Origin: Octopus bimaculoides
Taxonomy: Eukaryota
DNA length: 41,529 nucleotides
Direction: 5' to 3'
Assembly (NCBI RefSeq): GCF_001194135.2
Contig: NC_068990.1
Span: forward strand, 31,249,642 to 31,291,170
Part shown: positions 37,259 through 41,529 of the stretch, piece by piece
Layout of the letters: every line of letters starts with the position of its first letter
Numbering within the stretch: position 1 is the first letter of the stretch
Made by a program: the position numbers and the translations under genes
The notes under the pieces: model-generated
The model's database searches: none
The model's input: only the letters and a program-made list of their open reading frames with translations
What the model was told of the DNA's origin: nothing

Positions 37259-37629
37259 TATAGGGCAGGGAATCGTCAATTAGTAATAAAATTAATAATT
37301 AACAATTTTGCCAAGTAGTTCAGTATGAAAAAGCCTTTATCGGTAAAACCATTTATAATCATAAATATACAAGGATTAGCATGAGTTGCTTCTCCAACAT
37401 ACTGAAAATTTAGAAATAGCAGTCAAAGAACTACTGATTCCAAACTACAAATTTTTTTCTCTAACGGATGGCGATATTTATGGCACACACAGAACAAAAA
37501 CAGAAGAGAAAAGCAAAAACAAACCTGCCTTCAGTTAATCGTGTACAACGTTTCACGGTTAAGAGTATGAAGGCAAATTTGTTAATTATTAATTTTATTA
37601 CTAATTGACGATTCCCTGCCCTATATCTG
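37255..37629. mobile_element. 375-bp MITE with ~58-bp TIRs and TA target duplication (Tc1/mariner type)
   Basis: TA|CAGATATAGGGCAGGGAATCG...CGATTCCCTGCCCTATATCTG|TA. 37251-37312 and 37572-37633 are reverse complements with 1 mismatch in 62. No ORF. Confidence 0.9.
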
Positions 37630-37682
37630 TATATTTATATTGATGCCTCTTATTGGATGGTTAAACTGTAACCCTTTTATAC

Positions 37683-38210
37683 NNNNNNNNNNNNNNNNNN
37701 NNNNNNNNNNNNNNNNNNNNNNNNNNNNNNNNNNNNNNNNNNNNNNNNNNNNNNNNNNNNNNNNNNNNNNNNNNNNNNNNNNNNNNNNNNNNNNNNNNNN
37801 NNNNNNNNNNNNNNNNNNNNNNNNNNNNNNNNNNNNNNNNNNNNNNNNNNNNNNNNNNNNNNNNNNNNNNNNNNNNNNNNNNNNNNNNNNNNNNNNNNNN
37901 NNNNNNNNNNNNNNNNNNNNNNNNNNNNNNNNNNNNNNNNNNNNNNNNNNNNNNNNNNNNNNNNNNNNNNNNNNNNNNNNNNNNNNNNNNNNNNNNNNNN
38001 NNNNNNNNNNNNNNNNNNNNNNNNNNNNNNNNNNNNNNNNNNNNNNNNNNNNNNNNNNNNNNNNNNNNNNNNNNNNNNNNNNNNNNNNNNNNNNNNNNNN
38101 NNNNNNNNNNNNNNNNNNNNNNNNNNNNNNNNNNNNNNNNNNNNNNNNNNNNNNNNNNNNNNNNNNNNNNNNNNNNNNNNNNNNNNNNNNNNNNNNNNNN
38201 NNNNNNNNNN
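37683..38210. other. Assembly gap (N)
   Basis: Run of N. Confidence 0.99.
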
Positions 38211-38244
<34 letters not shown>

Positions 38245-38257
38245 GATATAGATATGC

Positions 38258-38345
38258 AGGGCAGGGAATCATCAATTAGTAATAAAATTAATAATTAACA
38301 ATTTTGCCGGGTAGCTCAGTATGAAAAAACCTTTTCGGTCAATCC
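38258..38345 (+). mobile_element. Truncated second copy of the 37255-37629 MITE (left end only)
   Basis: AGGGCAGGGAATCATCAATTAGTAATAAAATTAATAATTAACAATTTTGCC...CAGTATGAAAAA matches 37262-37350 with several substitutions. Confidence 0.85.
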
Positions 38346-38393
38346 CTATATATTTATGATTATATTTATATAGATAGATAGATAGATAGATAT

Positions 38394-38545
38394 ATCATCA
38401 TCATTTAATATCTGCTTTTCATACTGGCATGGGTTAGACAGCATTACTAGAACTGGTAAGCTAGAAAGCTGCACCAGGTTCCAGTCTGATTTGGCAAGGT
38501 TTCTGTGGTTGGATGCTATTCCTAATGCCAACCACTCCAAGAATG
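38394..38545 (-). mobile_element. Old SINE 3' part with an RTE-type tail
   Basis: Reverse-complement homology to about 75-232. Confidence 0.8.
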
Positions 38546-39041
38546 TATATGTGTGTTTGTGTGTGTGTGTGTGTATTTATATGTATTGTTATATTTCGGG
38601 ATGGTCATTTTTTGTGGCAAATAAACAGACACACTATATACTCATCCTTCACTTTATCATTATTATTGTTCTTATTTTAGTGCCATTTGTCTTAAATCTT
38701 TCTTCACACACCCTTTGACCTCTTCAGTGACTCTTTATCCCACCTATTTCCTCCTGTCCTGTTTAGGCCATTTAGTCCAGAGAATGAACTTGTCACTGCA
38801 TACCAATTATATCTCGCTGCTATGATATATAGAATGTCAGCATTCTTTTAGATGGTGATATTGTAACTAGCCAGCAGGTTCATTAAAAATTTATTATTAT
38901 CAATGGAAGCAGTATTAATACCAAAAGGTAATTTTTATATCCAACATAACATGGATGCCTTGTTACAACACCAAATACTGTTATTAGCATTGAGGGACCT
39001 TCTCATATAAGTGCTTGGTACTTCCCACATTTGTGTGTGTA

Positions 39042-39096
<55 letters not shown>

Positions 39097-39309
39097 GCAT
39101 ACATATATGTAAATACATGTATGTATATCAGGTCATTAAGAATGAAATGTCCAATTTTCATGTGTAACAAGTTTGACAGTCAGAAATGGTGATAATAATG
39201 GAGTATTGGGAATGGTAATATTGATGTGATGCATATTTATATTTTAAGGAATAATATTGTTAGTGGTAGGAATATAAATAATACCTGTAACATTAACATC
39301 CATCTACCT

Positions 39310-39450
39310 CCAGTGTTATGTAATTGTAGAAACAAACTTCAATGCCTTCGTAATAAATTATGCCTAACTAAAAATATTTTCTATAGAACTACATTTACCT
39401 ACATTGGCTCTACCACAAGTGTTTTCAAGAAATACATTTGGGTGATATGA
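39310..39450 (+). mobile_element. Penelope-like element GIY-YIG endonuclease relic
   Basis: CNCRNKLQC...CLTKNIFYRTT..TYIGSTTSVFKK matches the PLE pattern CNC...C....CL...I.Y.....YIG.T...FK. Confidence 0.7.
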
Positions 39451-40624
39451 TAAACCTAAAGTTACATGATCTTTGTGTATGTGTGTATCAATTGTGCTTA
39501 CATGTGGATATGGAGGAGTAATAATAAACAATTTTTAAGAAGTTTTGTAGTTGATTGAACTCGCTTGTACTTGATTCCATTTAATGAATGTGAAATCTAC
39601 TATGTATTTGAACTCCATTTAATATACACCTTAGTACCACTGTGTTTATAGCAACCTCAGGATATTTTTTATGTCACTATGTTGGATTATAAATTAGGTT
39701 TGTTTTATTGTATTTTTCCATGATTTTCTGTTTGTTAATTGCCTATTTAGCCCGCACCTACTTTCTCTTCTATAAACTAGCAGGACTAAGTAGGCTGTGT
39801 CACTAGTTGACTTTTTAAATTATGCGTGATGATGATGGAATCATATAATATTATGCAATTTCTTATGACTACATTGAATAAAATTCTGCTGAAACAACTG
39901 TTGCTAATTTAGACACCATTTATATGTTACTATTTTATACTTACACTGCACCAAAGATCCACCAGTGAGTTGGATTGTTGGTTGTTTTACTGGATTTGGT
40001 ATTTACATAAACTATAATTTTCTGACAGATTTTGTCTACAATGTTGTATTCTTTCACTCTCGTTTAGCCGTTTTCTGGCATTTTGATATGCCTCATTTCT
40101 TAATGAATCCTTACAACTGTATAGAGATGTGTGTGTGTGTGTGTGTGTGTGTATGTATATTTTCATTCATATAGTTAAGAAGATTGAAACAGTTATACGG
40201 ATTCATTAAGAATTGAGGCATATCAATATGTAAGATGCCAGAAAACAGCTAAATATAATTACACACACACATACATAATTACATACATTGAACATAAAAA
40301 GTCAGGAGGTATGAGAGATGAAATATATTTATTTGACCAGTTGATATCCAAAGGGTGACGGCTGTTTCAGTCTTCATCATGTAATAATAATTTTATTTTA
40401 GTGTATAATAAGTTATTTTACATGCTTGTACATGTGTGTGTGTGTATTTTTTTTTATATGTTTCAGCCCAAAGGCTGTGGCCATGCTGGGGCACCACCAG
40501 TATTGTCACTTTTTCAATGGACCTCCTTATGGGAATGGCTTTTGGTGAAGTAGGGAGTTTGATATTGCTACTCTCTTTTGAGTTTCTTGCTGTTATGTAG
40601 GTTCATCTGGGATCTTGGACAGCT

Positions 40625-41105
40625 GCAGGTCAAGTTGTTTCTTGAAAACATCTATCCCAACTCCTAGTGAGTTCCCTCTATTCATACGTTCACAACATCA
40701 CCTATTCTCCTTGTCCTTTTAATTCATTCTCTTTTCTCCTTGGCTCCTCCAGATTACTCTTCACCCTCAACATCAAATCCCTATATACTGTCATCCTTGA
40801 TAATGATGGCTTTCTCATATTAAAACATTTCCTTCACCTGTCTTAATCTTCAATATGATACCTCTACCCTCTTCTGCTTGGCTGAACTGGCCCTCTCCTT
40901 AACTTTCTTCTCATTCACTGGAGAGTTTTACCATCAGGTCTCAGGAGTGGCTGTGAGATCAAGAATGAGCCCCAACTGCATGAACTTGTTTGTTGGTTAT
41001 GTTGAGGCCCACATTTTCTCTCAGTTTACCTATTCCACTCCTGAGCTATATGTTCATTACATCGACAATTGTATTTGCGTGAACTCACTCTCTCACCAAC
41101 ATCTT
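40625..41105 (+). mobile_element. Penelope-like element reverse transcriptase relic
   Basis: LFTLNIKSLYTVI (like TMDV.SLYT.IP), LAEL.LSL..FSF.GEFYHQVSGVA, NLFVGYVE..IF, HYIDN (like RYIDD). Confidence 0.85.
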
Positions 41106-41197
41106 AACATATATATATGTATGTATGTGTGTATACTTCTTCCCTCAAAATTATCCCCTCAAAAAAGCTACCTCTACTCATTCTTTTAAATATATAG

Positions 41198-41330
41198 AAC
41201 TAGCAGAAATACCCGGCGTTGCCCGGGTTAAAGAGAATAATGAAATCTAAAAACGCCGTCTAGACTACGCATCATCTTTATATATAAAGATGTATATAAA
41301 CACACGCACCCAAACACATGTATATATATA
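41198..41330 (+). mobile_element. Probable end of a non-autonomous Helitron/Helentron-type (DINE-1/Lep1-like) element
   Basis: AACTAGCAGAAATACCCGGCGTTGCCCGGG terminus with a GC-rich hairpin (41212-41227), followed by a short core and a TA/CA microsatellite. Confidence 0.55.
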
Positions 41331-41529
41331 TGTATATCAATATAAATATATGACAGTCAATGAAGTTTCGTAAAAGAAGGTGATCATGTACATACTTTCT
41401 TGCTGTTGTGATTATAACACCTCATTGTAAACTATGTTCCTTGTTTTCCCTTGTGGAGCATATACAAATAGGTTTTTTGTTGCTGCCCACTCTTGAGCAG
41501 CCAACATACAGTTGTCCATGTGAGAAGCA

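Overview
This is AT-rich eukaryotic DNA with three N gaps (26614-27181, about 32825-32924, 37683-38210). The SINE and LINE families and the (TA)n/(GAT)n content look like an octopus-type cephalopod genome; that is inferred from repeat recognition, not from a database search. I cannot support any intact host protein-coding gene. The window is mostly decayed transposable elements: RTE and BovB-like LINEs and their SINEs, five CR1-like LINE pieces, an RLE-type LINE, a GalEa-like copia RT, a DD37D (maT-like) mariner, a Helitron Rep/PIF1 fragment, two Penelope-like (PLE) fragments and a TA-flanked MITE. A few short stretches with good splice signals could be host exons, but their strand and identity are unresolved. 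The most interesting feature is a ~420-bp fold-back element at 5598-6017. It combines a tRNA-like Pol III head, an (AAT)n spacer and a degenerate minimal type I hammerhead ribozyme, which suggests a non-autonomous PLE-mobilised element (retrozyme/SINE hybrid). Also notable are a SINE whose internal 62-bp module is expanded into a VNTR, and a Helitron core enclosed by two convergent CR1-like LINEs. Boundaries of decayed elements are approximate.
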